Shown here: positions 50,686 to 63,525 of the stretch, piece after piece
Layout: the number at the start of each line of letters is the position of its first letter
How positions within the stretch are numbered: the first letter of the stretch is position 1
Origin: Octopus sinensis
Lineage: Eukaryota
Length of the DNA stretch: 64,000 nt
Reading direction: 5' to 3'
Assembly: GCF_006345805.1 (NCBI RefSeq)
Contig: NC_042999.1
Coordinates: 93,930,001 to 93,994,000, forward strand
Notes under the pieces: model-generated
Databases searched by the model: none
Told to the model about the DNA's origin: nothing
Seen by the model: the letters and a program-made list of their open reading frames with translations, nothing else
Made by a program: the position numbers and the translations under genes

Positions 50686-52649
50686 TATAAAATAAATAAA
50701 TATTTCATGTTGTTTTTAATACATTTTGAAAAATATTCTAATAAACACTGACTTTATAATCAATCACTCTGTCTTTACATTTTTGCACTCACATACGTAC
50801 TGACACACATTTACTTATATTCTTATGTCTGAGATAATTTAAGTGGCTCTTTGTATTACCTTTCACACTGTGAAGGACGTACCAAGCAAATATATCATGT
50901 TTTGCTAAACCGTTGTCACGTGTCTTTATTCTTGACATCAGCAATCGACATTAGATTTCCATCGGGAATCCTGAAATAGTTTGTTGCTTTTGTTGTCAGT
51001 TTGTTCCCAGTTTACGGAATCTATATATTGGTCATATTTTTATTAACTTTACGTTAAATACAAAAATTCCATCAGAATAGAGAGAAATCTGGCGAAGATA
51101 AATGTTATCAACGTTTTGTTGTAAATCCTTGTTATAAATGCATTGTCGTTCGTAGAAAAATTAGGATAATTTCGTGACTAAGGTAACCGCCAGGAGCAAT
51201 TATGTTTGCAATTTATTTACTTGAATTTAAATTTGAAATTACATCTGCCACCTGAAGTTTATACAGAAGGTTACTAGCTTTTGTAGTTTTTGATGCATTA
51301 GTAATACGATGTTTTGGCTCTTTGTTCTGGTTGTATTCTGATTGATGAGTTACTTCATAAAGTTTTTATCTATTCTTTATCCCTGGTGTCTTTGATTTGT
51401 GTAATATGATGAATGCTTACTTTATTTGTATAGTTGGTGGTATGTGTTATATTTTCTGTATCGTCATTAAATGTTTCAACAAGCATTTGCTGTATTCTTT
51501 CTCCATGTTTTATAGAGTAGTATATAGATTATCGTCTGTGTGGGGATCTTATAACTAATAATTTTATGTGTGGAAAATTTCCATTAAAATATAAACGTTT
51601 ATTCATTTTCTAATATATGAAGCCTTAATTTGACGAATAACACTTCTTACTCTCGGAATCAGTGGTATTTTGTTTTCTTCATTTAGACGAGGAGAGAAAT
51701 TCTGTGTACACGAGTGTGACAAAATCTATACGTCGACTAATCACCATATGATTTCCATCAAAATTAAAATACAGCAAATCATGTGCAGCATTTTTCACTC
51801 GTTGAAAGTATTTCTATTTGAACAGTTGCTTGTGTGTTTGGAAAATTGTGAATTCTCTTATAACGACTGAAATATTTCTTCATATTGACTAGGAGCTTCT
51901 GCACGATCTTCATTTGCTGCCGAACCGATTCCATAGTCGAAGGTGTAGTTAGATACTTGTTCCTGTAGCAATACAGTCATGTGAACAATAAGTAAGTAAA
52001 CAAGTTGTGATGATTTCTTTCTCGCCATATGGAGCTGATATAGTTCACGGTTTCATTATACAGTACAGCGATGTTTTTTTTTTGACATAGTTCTTATTTC
52101 GTCTCCAGTATCTCATCATTTATCCTGGAATATTGAATTCTAGTTCGACTGCAGAGTTTGTGTTTTATCCAACGTAATTACTTTAAGATTGAATTTCACA
52201 TCGTTGCAATTCCTCTTTCTCTTCTTCCACATGATGTTGGTATAGATTTGCAGTTTATAAACAGATGACGAATGATGATTACATTTTATTGAATCACACT
52301 GAACGCAAACGTAACGTGTAAAGACTAATTAGGTTAACTTTTTATTGCACTTCAGTTGCTATAATTAATATTAAATTAAACTATCAGCCAATCGCCGCAG
52401 ATGCAAATTTTGCCACTTGTACCCATACTGAAGCAGAAACGTCAAGCCAATCATCTTAATTCTTTTAAAAGGAACATTGTTTGTAGTCATACAGTTGGTA
52501 TACCTTGTACTTGCTTTACTTAATAGCATCGAGCACTGATCCAACACCAGTCAATATATGTTTAGATCATCCCATAATGAAACTGGAGGGATGCTAACCT
52601 TAATATTTACATACTTTTTCATGTTAGTCCTCTCTATTATTATGATTAA

Positions 52650-52960
52650 GAGGGTGGGCTGGTAGAATCGTTAGGACATCAGGCAAAATATTTAGCCACA
52701 TTTCATCCGTCTTTACACTCTGAGTTCAAATATCGCCTAGATCGACTTTGCCTTTCATTATTTCAGATTCGATAAAATAAGTGCCAGTTGAACACTAGAG
52801 TCAACTGAACCACCTTCGCCGAAATCGCTGAACTTGTGCCAATGACAAAGCCCAGCTGACAGAAACATTAGCACGCCGAACAAGGTGCTCAGTGGAAATT
52901 CTTATAGCTTTACGTTATGAGTTCATATCCCGCTCAGATCGATTTTGTCTATATTTATTT
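52650..52960 (+). mobile_element. Two tandem SINE copies
   Basis: gggctggtagaatcgttagg...tgagttcaaatatcgcctagatcgactttgcctttcat and cagctgacagaaacattagcacgccg...tgagttcatatcccgctcagatcgattttg. Confidence 0.75.
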
Positions 52961-53009
52961 AAGGGCCCTATAAAATATGTACTAGTTGAGCACTAAACTC
53001 GATGTTATA

Positions 53010-53370
53010 GATTGACCTGTCCACATTGTTCTGGGTTCAGTCCCACTGCGTGGCACCTTAGACAAGTGTCTTCTACTATAGCCTCGGGCCGACCAAAGCC
53101 TTGTGAGTGGATTTGGTAGACAGAAACTAAAAGAAGCCCATATATGTATGTGTGTGTGTATCTGCGTGAGTGTGTTTTTTTCTCCCAACATCGCTTGACA
53201 ACCGATGCTGGTGTGTTTATGTCCCCGTAACTTAGCGGTTCGGCAAAAGAGACAGATAGAATAAGTACTAGACTTACAAATAATAAGTCCCGGGATCGAT
53301 TTGCTCAACTAAAGGCGGTGCTCCCGCGTGAACACAGTCAAATGACTGAAACAAGTAAAAGGTTAAAAGA
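53010..53370 (+). mobile_element. SINE (aaggcggtgctcc...cagtcaaatgactgaaacaagtaaaag family)
   Basis: gggttcagtcccactgcgtggcacctt...gggccgaccaaagccttgtgagtggatttggtagac...cttagcggttcggcaaaagagac..tagaataagtacta. Confidence 0.85.
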
Positions 53371-53865
53371 GTAAAAGAGTAAAAAAGAGGAACAGTTAGT
53401 TAATAAGACAAAATGCTATAGAAAGCCTGATGCAAACACGGACGCTGAAACAGAAAATGTTAATTGCCAAGAGACATTTTGCCACATGACAATGTAGCTG
53501 ACTATTAATCTATCATTCTATCTATATATATGTTGTTATGTCTTGTTATTTGCATTTGTATTTGTGTAACATTACTCCGTTTTTTTTCCGTCCTTGTTTT
53601 CGTATACAATCGCTGCTTACTTCTTAGAAATCTAATGCTCTTAGTTTAGTTTTTCCTGGGGGCTGGTCAGATTGGAACAATCACGAGTATAACCAGCGGA
53701 AATTGCACAGATAATCCAGAACGTGACTGAGGAAAGAAAACATCGAATGACCCGCCCATGTTTTTCCTTGTGCCTCTTATGTATCATCTGTCTGGATGTT
53801 TTGTTGTCCTTTTTTTATCATCAAGCTGTCTGGATGTTTTGCGTTCTTGTCCCATATTTTGTATT

Positions 53866-53904
<39 letters not shown>

Positions 53905-53908
<4 letters not shown>

Positions 53909-54677
53909 ATGTTGTGAATTTATGGAAAGAAACCTCATAAAACTCAACAATCTAGTTAAAAATGTAAAGGGAAGTTAAGATATAGAAGAGAATTTCAATT
54001 CATGCAGACGATCGTTCCGTACAGAGATATATGAATAATGCAAATTCATAATTGGATTGAATTAAATTAAATTAGTTAAATGAATTAATTATATATCAAT
54101 GTACTATACAGTGTAAGAAGTATAAACAAAGCTTTTTCAAAAACTTGAGAAAGGAAATAGCAAAATAGAATCTAGAAGATTTGCATTTATTCTTATGAGA
54201 AAAGGAGAGATGTGAATCCAGTTAGGTGTTAACTCTAACTAAAGAATATGACGGTTATTTGAAAATATAAGTAAAAATGGTTTCAGAGACGTTTCCTCTA
54301 TAGATGAGCAAGGAGATTAGAAATGTTAACTCCAAATAAGTTACGTAGGGCAAAAATTGCATGGAAATCTCCAGTTGAAAAGCATAGCTATATTTGAATT
54401 AAGATATGAAGTGACAATTAAAAACATTCATTAGTGCGATGTATATTTAAAAAAAATTATACATCAAAATTAAGTTAATCTAGAGGAGATTCATTTTTTA
54501 ATTAATTTAATTCAATTCAATTCAATCAGGAATTTGCATTATTCTTATATCTCTATACAGAACGATCGTCTGCATGAATTAAAATTCTCTTGTATATTTT
54601 AACAACTTCTCTTCTCGATTTTTAAACTAAATTGTTGAGTTTTATGTGATTTCTTTCAATAAATTCACAACATAATA
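53905..54677. repeat. Diverged inverted repeat, ~185-bp arms (53905-54087 / 54489-54677), ~400-bp spacer
   Basis: atgttgtgaattta..gaaagaaa...cataaaactcaacaat.tagtt.aaaa...ttcatgcagacgatcgttc.gta.agagatata.gaataatgcaaatt mirrored on the other strand. Confidence 0.88.
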
Positions 54678-55189
54678 TATACAAATATTATTTTCTTATT
54701 CGCAAATTTACACCTATAAAATAACTGCAGAATATGAGAAATCAATATTAGAAATCCTTTTTGGAAACCTCCAAATTAATGGACGAATCTAAATACAAAC
54801 TTTTTACACACGCACACACACACAGACACAGCCCCCCTATATATATATATATGTGTAAATATGTATATATATATATATAAGGTAAATAAGACAAGACAGA
54901 AAATGCTACAATAATTTTATCAGGAAGAAGATTTTACTACCGGTTTCAGTCTTAGTGACTATTTCATCGCAGAGTAAAGCATGAAAAGAAAAATTAAATT
55001 GTGGAGAAATTAAATGAAATGATTTTAAAAAATATTACCATAGTTTTCAGCCTTCTTATGCCTGTCTCTTTCTCTTATTTTCTCTTGTGAGGGCTTGGTA
55101 GCAAGCAGCAGGTACTTACAGTCCAAATATTTTATACGAGTTCTTGTTTTTGAGTGTTTAAGCAGCAATTGTAACTGAGGAAGGAAGTG

Positions 55190-55233
55190 GCGAAGGAGAA
55201 GAAGATAAAGAAGAAGAAGAAGAAGAAGAAGAA

Positions 55234-55265
<32 letters not shown>

Positions 55266-55342
55266 AGAAGAGAAGAAGAAGAAGAAGAAAGAAGAAGAAG
55301 AAGAAGAAGAAGAAGAAGAAGAAGAAGAAGAAGAAGAAGAAA
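55190..55342. repeat. (GAA)n microsatellite
   Basis: Directly visible; source of the poly-Leu/Ser ORF. Confidence 0.95.
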
Positions 55343-55529
55343 ACTGCTAGAGTGGTATGACAGTAGCAGGATATTGATGGAATCCACTTAAATGGTCAAG
55401 TAACATAAAAGTGTCATGTTGTGGTTGTAATAGTAGTGATTGGAATAGTCCTGAATAAATTCATAAGTAGTGGCTGTTCTAATTATATTGTTTTTAATAT
55501 TTGCGTGGGCGTTATTCTAAGGCCCTGTA

Positions 55530-56200
55530 ACAGTGTCATTTGTGGTGGACGCATTCAAAAGGAGTGTTCAAATATGACTCTTTGCTAATGCGCTGACTAC
55601 AGGTTGCATCATGTCTGAATCTGTAGAGGGGGAACATTCTGAAGCTGGGTTGTTTGTTAGTGCCCCAAATGTCGATGTGTTCGCTGAATGCTATTTTTAT
55701 GTATTCCTGAATTTTGATCTGGGATCTATGTAGAGCCATCCTTTGACGTAGACTGTTTTAATTTGGCCTATGTATTGCTCTCGACAGCCAGAGCAGGTTA
55801 ATACACATATTACGTTCTCTGAAGCACATGGTAAGTTGTTTTTAACTGTAAAACGTTGACCCTGAATTAGGTTGACGCATATACCACAGTTGGATCTACC
55901 GCATATTATTTTACGAACGGATTTAGTGTGGTTGTCGAGCGTACTTGGGCTTGTATTAGGAGACTTTTCATAGATTTGAGTTGTGTTTTACCCTTTATGA
56001 TGGTGTGCATTTCTAAGATTAAATTCATTCTGTGGTCCCATTTTAGTTGGGGAATATTCTGGAGGATGGTGTCGAAGGATGAGTACATATATGCACTCAT
56101 GGCTTTTGCTTCAGCTTTTTTTCCATGGGCGCATGTAGGCATTTCATTTATTTCTATTCGTATTTGTTTCAGTCATTAGACTGTCTTTACTCGAAGAAAT
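55530..56200 (-). mobile_element. Penelope-like GIY-YIG endonuclease region (decayed)
   Basis: ICGRSNCGICVNLIQGQRFTVKNNLPCASENVICVLTCSGCREQYIGQ / RQRMALHRSQI..EY..IAFSEHID...NKQPSFRMFPLYRF is the Cys-linker plus GIY-YIG of PLEs; frameshifted. Confidence 0.88.
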
Positions 56201-56214
56201 TGACCAGGACTCAT

Positions 56215-56510
56215 TCTTTGGAAGCCTAGTACATATTCTATCTATCCCTTATGCCGAACCGGTAAGTTACAGAGACGTAAACAAACCAACAACGGTTGTG
56301 AATCGATGGTGGGGGAGAAACTCAGACCCACAAACACACAAATATATACATATATATACTACGGGCTTCTTTCAGTTTCTGTCTATCAAATCGACTCAGA
56401 AGGATTTGTTTAGCTTGCGGCTATAGCAGAAAGCATTTGTCCAAGATGCCACGCAGTCGTACTGAACCCACAACCATGTGATTGGGAAGTAAGCATTTTA
56501 CCACACACTC
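56215..56510 (-). mobile_element. SINE copy
   Basis: ttatgccgaaccggtaagttac.gagacgtaaacaaaccaac...gggcttctttcagtttc...ctatagcaga...ccacgcagt.g.actgaaccc...ttaccacac mirrors the 53010 family. Confidence 0.78.
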
Positions 56511-56761
56511 ACGCATGTGTTTAAATAGCAGGACCCAGATTCGCACTCCTAAGGATCGATTGAACCACACACACACACATACATAAACATATATGTGTGT
56601 GTTTGTATTGGCCAGTTGTCCATTAATGAGAAAAAGGAACACTATAGAAGAAATTTTGAGCAGTTATACGTATATGTATTGGAGAGGCATAACCTTACTT
56701 GTGGTATATAGTACCATTCAGAACATCATCATTAATTTCACGTTTACTATTCCTCTAATGA

Positions 56762-57080
56762 AGGCGCGTGGCTTAGTGGTTAGGGAATTCGACTGACGAT
56801 TGTAAGGTCGTGATTTCGATTCCCGGCGATGCGTTGTGTCCTTGAGCAAGACACTTTATTTCACGTTGCTCCAGTCCACTCAGCTGGCAAAAATGAGTTG
56901 TACCTGTATTTCAAAGGACCGGCCTTGTCACACTCTGTGTCACGCTGAATCTCCCTGAGAACTACGTTAAGGGTACTCGTGTCTGTGGATTGCTCAGTCA
57001 CTTTCACGTTAATTCCACGAGCAAGCTGTTCCGTTGATCGCATCAGCTGGGTCCTCGTCGTTGCAACCGACGGAGTGCTC
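56762..57080 (+). mobile_element. Full-length tRNA-headed SINE
   Basis: ggcgcgtggcttagtggttagg (A-box-like)...tttcgattccc (B-box-like), central gtgtccttgagcaagacactttatttcacgttgctccagtccactcagctg domain, 3' body to gacggagtgc. Confidence 0.88.
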
Positions 57081-57189
57081 CTATACTATTCCTCTGGAAA
57101 TATAGAAAGGACACATTCTCTTTACTGCTGAAGGTAATCGTACTATCATGGTTAGTACCGTAGTGAAACGAAAAACGTAAGAAATTGCT

Positions 57190-58310
57190 TTTTGAGAGAC
57201 AAAGAAGAGTAACCTCTACTTACGTAATTCAAGCTAATGAACGATGATATAAGAAAGGTATTCCCTCTTTTATTATGGCGTAATAACTGTGAAATAATTT
57301 CATGTTTTAAGGCAAACCATAATAGAGGCAGAGCAAGTTTCATCCAATTCGATATAGTGGACTTTTACTCATCCACATTGAGAGGGCACATATTTTCGAA
57401 AAACATTTGCAGGCGTTACACATAGGGCTAAACAAGCAATAATACACGCCAGCAAAATACCCGCTATTTAACAAAAAAACTGACTCTGAATGCTCGAACA
57501 CACCCAGTACAGAGAAAGGAACAGATTCACTAAATTAACTCCCTTGTTCAAGGATTCGGTAGGCCTTTGCTTTTAAGGTTGCATATGTGACCAACTTTAA
57601 CATAGTTATAGTGTTACCACTGATCTGAGCGTCGGTCCATACAAGCCCGATGGCTAAACTATATCAAAGGCTTTCCTATATCAACATAGTCTCTTGCCAC
57701 TCGCTTATAGTCTTTAAAACCTTGTGAAGTGTGCCACGAAAAAGATTTTGAATCTATCCACCAAAAAGTACATTATTTCCATGAATCCCTGTCAGCCAGC
57801 TGATTTAAGTACCGCATCACCTAAATGCCGGGATATAGCACCTCCAAAAGAAAACGACGCCCTTATGTCTTATCAGTTTCGCTACCTTTCTATCTCATCG
57901 TCAAAATCTGCGTGAGAAGGGCCTTCCTTAAATTAGTAGACAAGCAATCCACACATTTCTATCCACATGGTCCTGTTCGATTGTGCATCTAGTGTAAAAA
58001 ACATATTAGTGAACGCTCCCCAAGGACGTGCAGTGGCAGGATGCCTATGTAGGTTTAGAAGTGGGGGATGTGCGAATAGCAAAAACAATACTGAGACCCT
58101 GTTCAACAATGCAGAGATGGTGTCCAAAATTATCAGCAGTAATCGTGGCAAGAGCGACATATATCACACACGGAAATATGTTAGAGATACGGATAGCCAA
58201 TTTAAAACCAGGCCAAATAGCCACAGGTCTTCTTTTAGCATACCAAAGGGGAGCAACGTTTTAATATTAGTCAGTTATATATGGCGACAAGTAGAGGAGT
58301 GAGGGTCGTA
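57190..58310 (+). mobile_element. Decayed Penelope-like element spanning RT, thumb, linker and GIY-YIG (with deletions)
   Basis: LWRNNCEIISCFK..HNR..ASFIQFDIVDFYSS (RT); VTTDLSVGPYKP (thumb); KRKRRPYVLSVSLPFYLIVKICVRRAFLKLVDK (cf. RKRKIIWFNPP.S.NVKTNIGRKFLKLIDKHF); YVRDTDSQFKTRPNSHRSSF (GIY-YIG YIG.T...FKTR...H.SSF). Confidence 0.85.
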
Positions 58311-58812
58311 TAAATCGGACCAAATTCTGCTGGAACAACCAGCGTTATATGCGAGTGGTGGTGGTGGTGGTGGTAAAATGATTCTAAAATTTCATAAAAT
58401 CCGGGCGTTTTTTGAATACAATCATGACAGAAAATATCCTCATGACAGAAATCCATTTGGGAAACGTGATCCCTCCCGTTTTGACATAGAGACCTGAGAA
58501 AATGTACGGAGGAAAAGCTGATCCACATCGGCCAAAGCTGAACTTGTACAACATATATTTAAATAGCTGGAAGTAGCTTTTACGTTTTGACTTTTTTCCG
58601 TACCAAACTCATAAAAACTACAAACTTACCTCCGTCAATAAATACATTATGCGCGTCCAGTCAACATGCCAGAGGCGTTGTCTATATTGCCCAATTTGAG
58701 ACGCATAGCCAATGGTAAATTTCTGATTGTTTATATGACATAACCAAGGATATTATAGTTGAGTACACAGCGCATACAAACACACACATATGCACACGTA
58801 CACATCCATATA

Positions 58813-58869
<57 letters not shown>

Positions 58870-58965
58870 TATATATAATATATAATATATATATATATAT
58901 ATAGTTACGCATAAATACATAAATACACACACATACATATGTATACCTAAACATACATCTATGCA

Positions 58966-59004
<39 letters not shown>

Positions 59005-59412
59005 TGCACATACGTTCACATACACACACGCACAAACACACACACACATATACTTACATATGCATATCTACAATCACGCATGGGTTATTATCTGAATGTT
59101 TTCAGCAATACCTAAATTGGGTGAATTATTGATGCTGCAATCGACTCAAAATCATATATGTGTATCCCATATAAGTTGAGGCGTCAGAGAAGCTTGTATC
59201 AAAAGTAAGTCCTGTAAGATCCAAGTTAGGATTTACTGAAAATGGCCTGCTTTACATTAATCGATCTCATACAATTACTTAACTACTTGAGAAAAAATAT
59301 CAACTGGTCATAGAATGCAATCATGAGTGTCAGACCTGCAAGAATTAACAAAAAACATGTACTACTGTTAAATTTATTTCATCTATTACTTTTTTACTTT
59401 AGACACACACAC

Positions 59413-59464
<52 letters not shown>

Positions 59465-59598
59465 ACATATATATATACATATGTTTTTTATGTAAATGGG
59501 TATTTGTATTTGTATTTGTTTGTTGATATGTGTATACACAATAAAATCTCTATGTATACGCAGACACATACACACACACATATATAAATATATATATA

Positions 59599-59649
<51 letters not shown>

Positions 59650-59663
59650 GTGTGTGTGTGTGT

Positions 59664-59697
<34 letters not shown>

Positions 59698-60728
59698 AAC
59701 GGGTACTTGTGCGCTTCTGCATGACTGTTTGTATGTACGTATCTTTCTGTGTGTGTATATATGTGCTTGCATGCTTGTTTACGTATTATGCTTTCTACCC
59801 TTTGCATACGGCTAGATAATTGTAGGAAGTGGTGTTATCGATCCATAGGAGCGTGAACCTGTGTCCGCTGTTTAAACACAAAATTTTTTGTTTATATATC
59901 TATGCATATAAGTATTTTTCTGTGTGTATTGAGTAAATACTTCCACAAAAATACCACGATTTGTCATTCCATCCGCTTATCGTTTTTGTTATACAGCTTG
60001 AACTTATCCCATTATATAATCCCTTAACTATCAATAGATATGTATCACTACTTCTGTCCGACGCCGATACTTTCATATGAAATATATTGGAATTTTGTAT
60101 TACTCTTTCACATGTAAACTTATACAATTTTAATTATTAAAAAAGATTACCCTTGATAAATTAGATTCTTACTTTTCATTTTTCTTTAGATATACTCTGA
60201 AATATAAATATTGGTGTTCATTTGATACTGAAATATATTAGATTGGTATTGGTTGATCTATTTCCTAAATCAGTTTCTGCGAATTTTCATGTGATCCTCA
60301 CACAAATGAAGTATTACTGACGACATACTGACGCGTAAATAAGGAAAATATTTTCTTAGTTGTTGCCTTTTCTACAAAATATTATTAGATTTTTCTTTAT
60401 ATGTAAATATATTTTCAAGCAAAAAACATTTTAGTCTCTTAAAATTTTGTCATCTTTACTTCAGGAATTATTAGGAATAGCCTGCTTTAATAATTTTTCT
60501 AACTATGAAACGAATTTCAATTTATTAAGAATTTCAATAATTTATCTAATATATATATTGGGTAACTTACTGATACTCTCATCTGTTCAAAATCAACCGT
60601 TCGTAACTCGCATGTTTTGAAGTACTATTCGAATTAGGTTAGCATTTACTGTGAATGGCATACATCAGATCGATTATCTGGCAGGATTGTTTAGATCTAA
60701 CAACAAAAGTAGGCAATGTTGTAAAGTT

Positions 60729-60768
<40 letters not shown>

Positions 60769-60787
60769 ATATATATATATATATATG

Positions 60788-61910
60788 TCAGGTTGAGTAA
60801 ACATTAAGCAACATTTTTGAAACATGAAATTCATTACAGCATATTTCAACAATGCGTACCATTACAATAGTTACAAGATTGATTATTCATGTAACATGAA
60901 AATCTGGAGTTCTGAAGCTGATAAACTCTTTGAACGCACTTTCAGCATCGGTTTGATTTTTTAACTCCTTCTCTCGCAGGAAACAATCGAGGTGATTGAA
61001 AATGTAATAGCTGGTAGAAGAAAGGTTTGAGGAATATGCTTTTCCCTTAACCAGTCTGGGATGGAGGAGTTGGAAATTTTCGTTCATTTTGCCAATTTCA
61101 TGGCAATATGATTTTCAGCGATGGCTTTTCCGTTTTTTTAAGAGGTTATAGTGAATGGGTCCAGAAGCACACCACCAAACAGTTATTATAAGCTTCTTCT
61201 TGAAGAGCTCGGGCTTAGGGAAGGTTTTCGGTGCTTCATTTTGGTCCAACCACTGCGGAGAAAGTTTTTTTTTATTATTGTACAGAATCTACTTCTCATC
61301 GCAAGTTACAATACGTGGAGAAATGGATCGGTCTGTTTACGGAGAAGAAGCGTCGAACAAATTCATATCTACGCATTTTCTGATTTTCAGTCGAATCATG
61401 TGGTACCTATTTGTCGAGCTGTTTTGATTTTGCGATCGCATGCAAATAATTGCAGGCGGACTTCTGGCTCACTTGAACTTCTTTTGACAGTTCTCTGGTG
61501 GTTTTATGTGGATCTTTCTATACGACTGTCTTTAATTGATCGTCATCGATGACAGATGGACGTCTACTAATTTACGATTTTCGAGGCTCAGGTTTACACA
61601 GCGAAATCGTTTAAACCATATCTGAGTTGACCACTCACTGGTCATATCTTCACCAAACGTTTCGTTGATATCGCAAGCGGTTTCAGCTGCTTTACGTCCT
61701 TTATTGAAGTGAATATCAAAATTGTTCGAATATTGCGCTTTGACAGATCTATTTCAAATGACTGTAACGGCAGTGAAAAAAAATTAATTTTAATTTACTG
61801 ATGCATTTCGCCAAGTCTAAGTCTCTATTATCATACAATTTCAAAAATTCTTCAAAAATAATTCACAACTCTGCAAAAGTCCAGCGTTGATTACTTTTTA
61901 CTCAACCTGA
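60788..61910 (-). mobile_element. Decayed mariner (IS630-Tc1-mariner) DNA transposon, 1123 bp
   Basis: 25-bp TIRs tcaggttgagtaaa... (22/25 identical); TA on the right side. Minus strand gives RPSVIDDDQLK...DPHKTTREL...LDK*VPHD (WVPHEL motif), RIVTCDEK*ILYNN (first catalytic D) and YSSNLSSTSYYIFNHLD (YSPDLAP motif), with stops and frameshifts. Confidence 0.93.
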
Positions 61911-61973
61911 TATATATACATATATATATATATATTATATATATATATATAATATATATATATAATTTTAATA

Positions 61974-63200
61974 TAAAATGAGGGTGAGAAGTTAGATATT
62001 AATTTATTTAACATCGATTTCACACCAGTGGTCTTGCATATAAAAAAACTGAAGGTTCAGTAAAATTGTATTATATATATATTAGTGGGAAACCACTATG
62101 TGGACACCCTTATGCTAGAGATAGGTCCGCTATGGTATTACCACTAAGAAATGTTCTCAACAAAAATTTTGCAAAACAACCGAAACGTAACCGAGCAAGA
62201 CAGAAGAAAAGACAAATATGGATTATTCGCATATATGTTTCACTATTACCATATTACGTAATTTTACTTACATAAATGTCCGTAGATCATCGGTGCGACC
62301 GTCCAGATGAATATCATTTGCAGGAATGCATACTAGGACGTCCGTACAAAGTCAGATTTGTAATCAGTTCTACCCATAACACTCGTGGTTATTATTTCAA
62401 ATGTCCTCGTTTTGGCGCGCTAAATTATCGGAAAGACTGATGCTTCAGATAACACTTTACTGCAGTGGCTTTTGCCGGTTAGAGAACGTATTAATTTAAA
62501 TTTAAAATGAGGGTGAGAAATTAGATATTAATTTAATTAACATTGATTTCACGCCAGTGGTCTAGCATATAAAAAACTGAAGGTTCAGTAAAATTGTATT
62601 ATATAAAATTGTATTATATTTCTTAGTGGTAAGACCATTGCGGATCTATTTTTTGCGTAAGGGTGTCCACATAGTGATTTCCCTCTAATATGTATATAAT
62701 AAATTTTTACTGAACAATTCATTTTTTTATATGCTAGACCACTGGTGTGAAATCAATGTTAATTAAATTAATATCTAAATTCTCACCCTCATTTTAAATT
62801 TAAATTTAAATTAATACGTTCTCTAACCGGCATCAGTCTTTCTGGTAATTTAGCGCGCCAAAACGAGAACATTTGAAATAATAACCACGAGTTTTATGGG
62901 TAGAACTGTTTACAGATCTGACTTTGTGCGGACGTCCTAGTATACAGTCCTGCAAATTATATTCACCTGGATGGTCACACCTATGATCTACGGATATTTA
63001 TGTAAGTAAAATTACGTAATATGGTAATAGTGAAACATGTATGTGAATAATCCATATTTTTATTGTCTTTTCTTTTGTCTTGCTCGATTACGTTTTTGTT
63101 GTTTTGCAAAATTTTTCGTGAGAACATTTCTTAGTGGTAAGACAATAGCGGATCTATTTCTAGCATAAGGGTGTCCACATAGTGGTTTCCTTCTAATATA
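61974..63200. repeat. Complex permuted palindrome A-B-C-D-A | B'-A'-D'-C'-B'
   Basis: A (aaaatgagggtgag...gtaaaattgtattat) at 61974 and 62503, inverted at ~62692-62796. B (ccactatgtggacaccctta...ccactaagaaat) at 62080-62152, inverted at 62618-62690 and 63126-63200. Main arms ~62078-62605 / 62692-63200. Confidence 0.92.
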
Positions 63201-63239
63201 TATATATATATATATGCATATAAGGTGTTTCTTCAAGTT

Positions 63240-63365
63240 CTTTCTCTCAAATCAACTCAGAAGGCTTTGGTCGGTCCGAGGCTATAGCAGATGACACTTG
63301 TTCAAGGAGGCAAGCAGGGAAGTTAAATCCGGAACCATATAGTTGGGAAGCGAGCATATATACCA
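63240..63365 (-). mobile_element. 5' portion of a SINE
   Basis: aaggctttggtcggtccgaggctatagcagatgacacttg..caagg...ccggaaccat.tagttgggaagcgagc..ataccac mirrors the family head. Confidence 0.75.
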
Positions 63366-63477
63366 CGCAGCACAGCACGCCGTGTATGCATGTATATGTA
63401 TATATAGATGTGTGTGTGTGAGAGTGAGTGTGTGTGAGTGAGTGTGTATGTGTGTGTGTGTGTGAGAGAGTGAGTGT

Positions 63478-63525
<48 letters not shown>

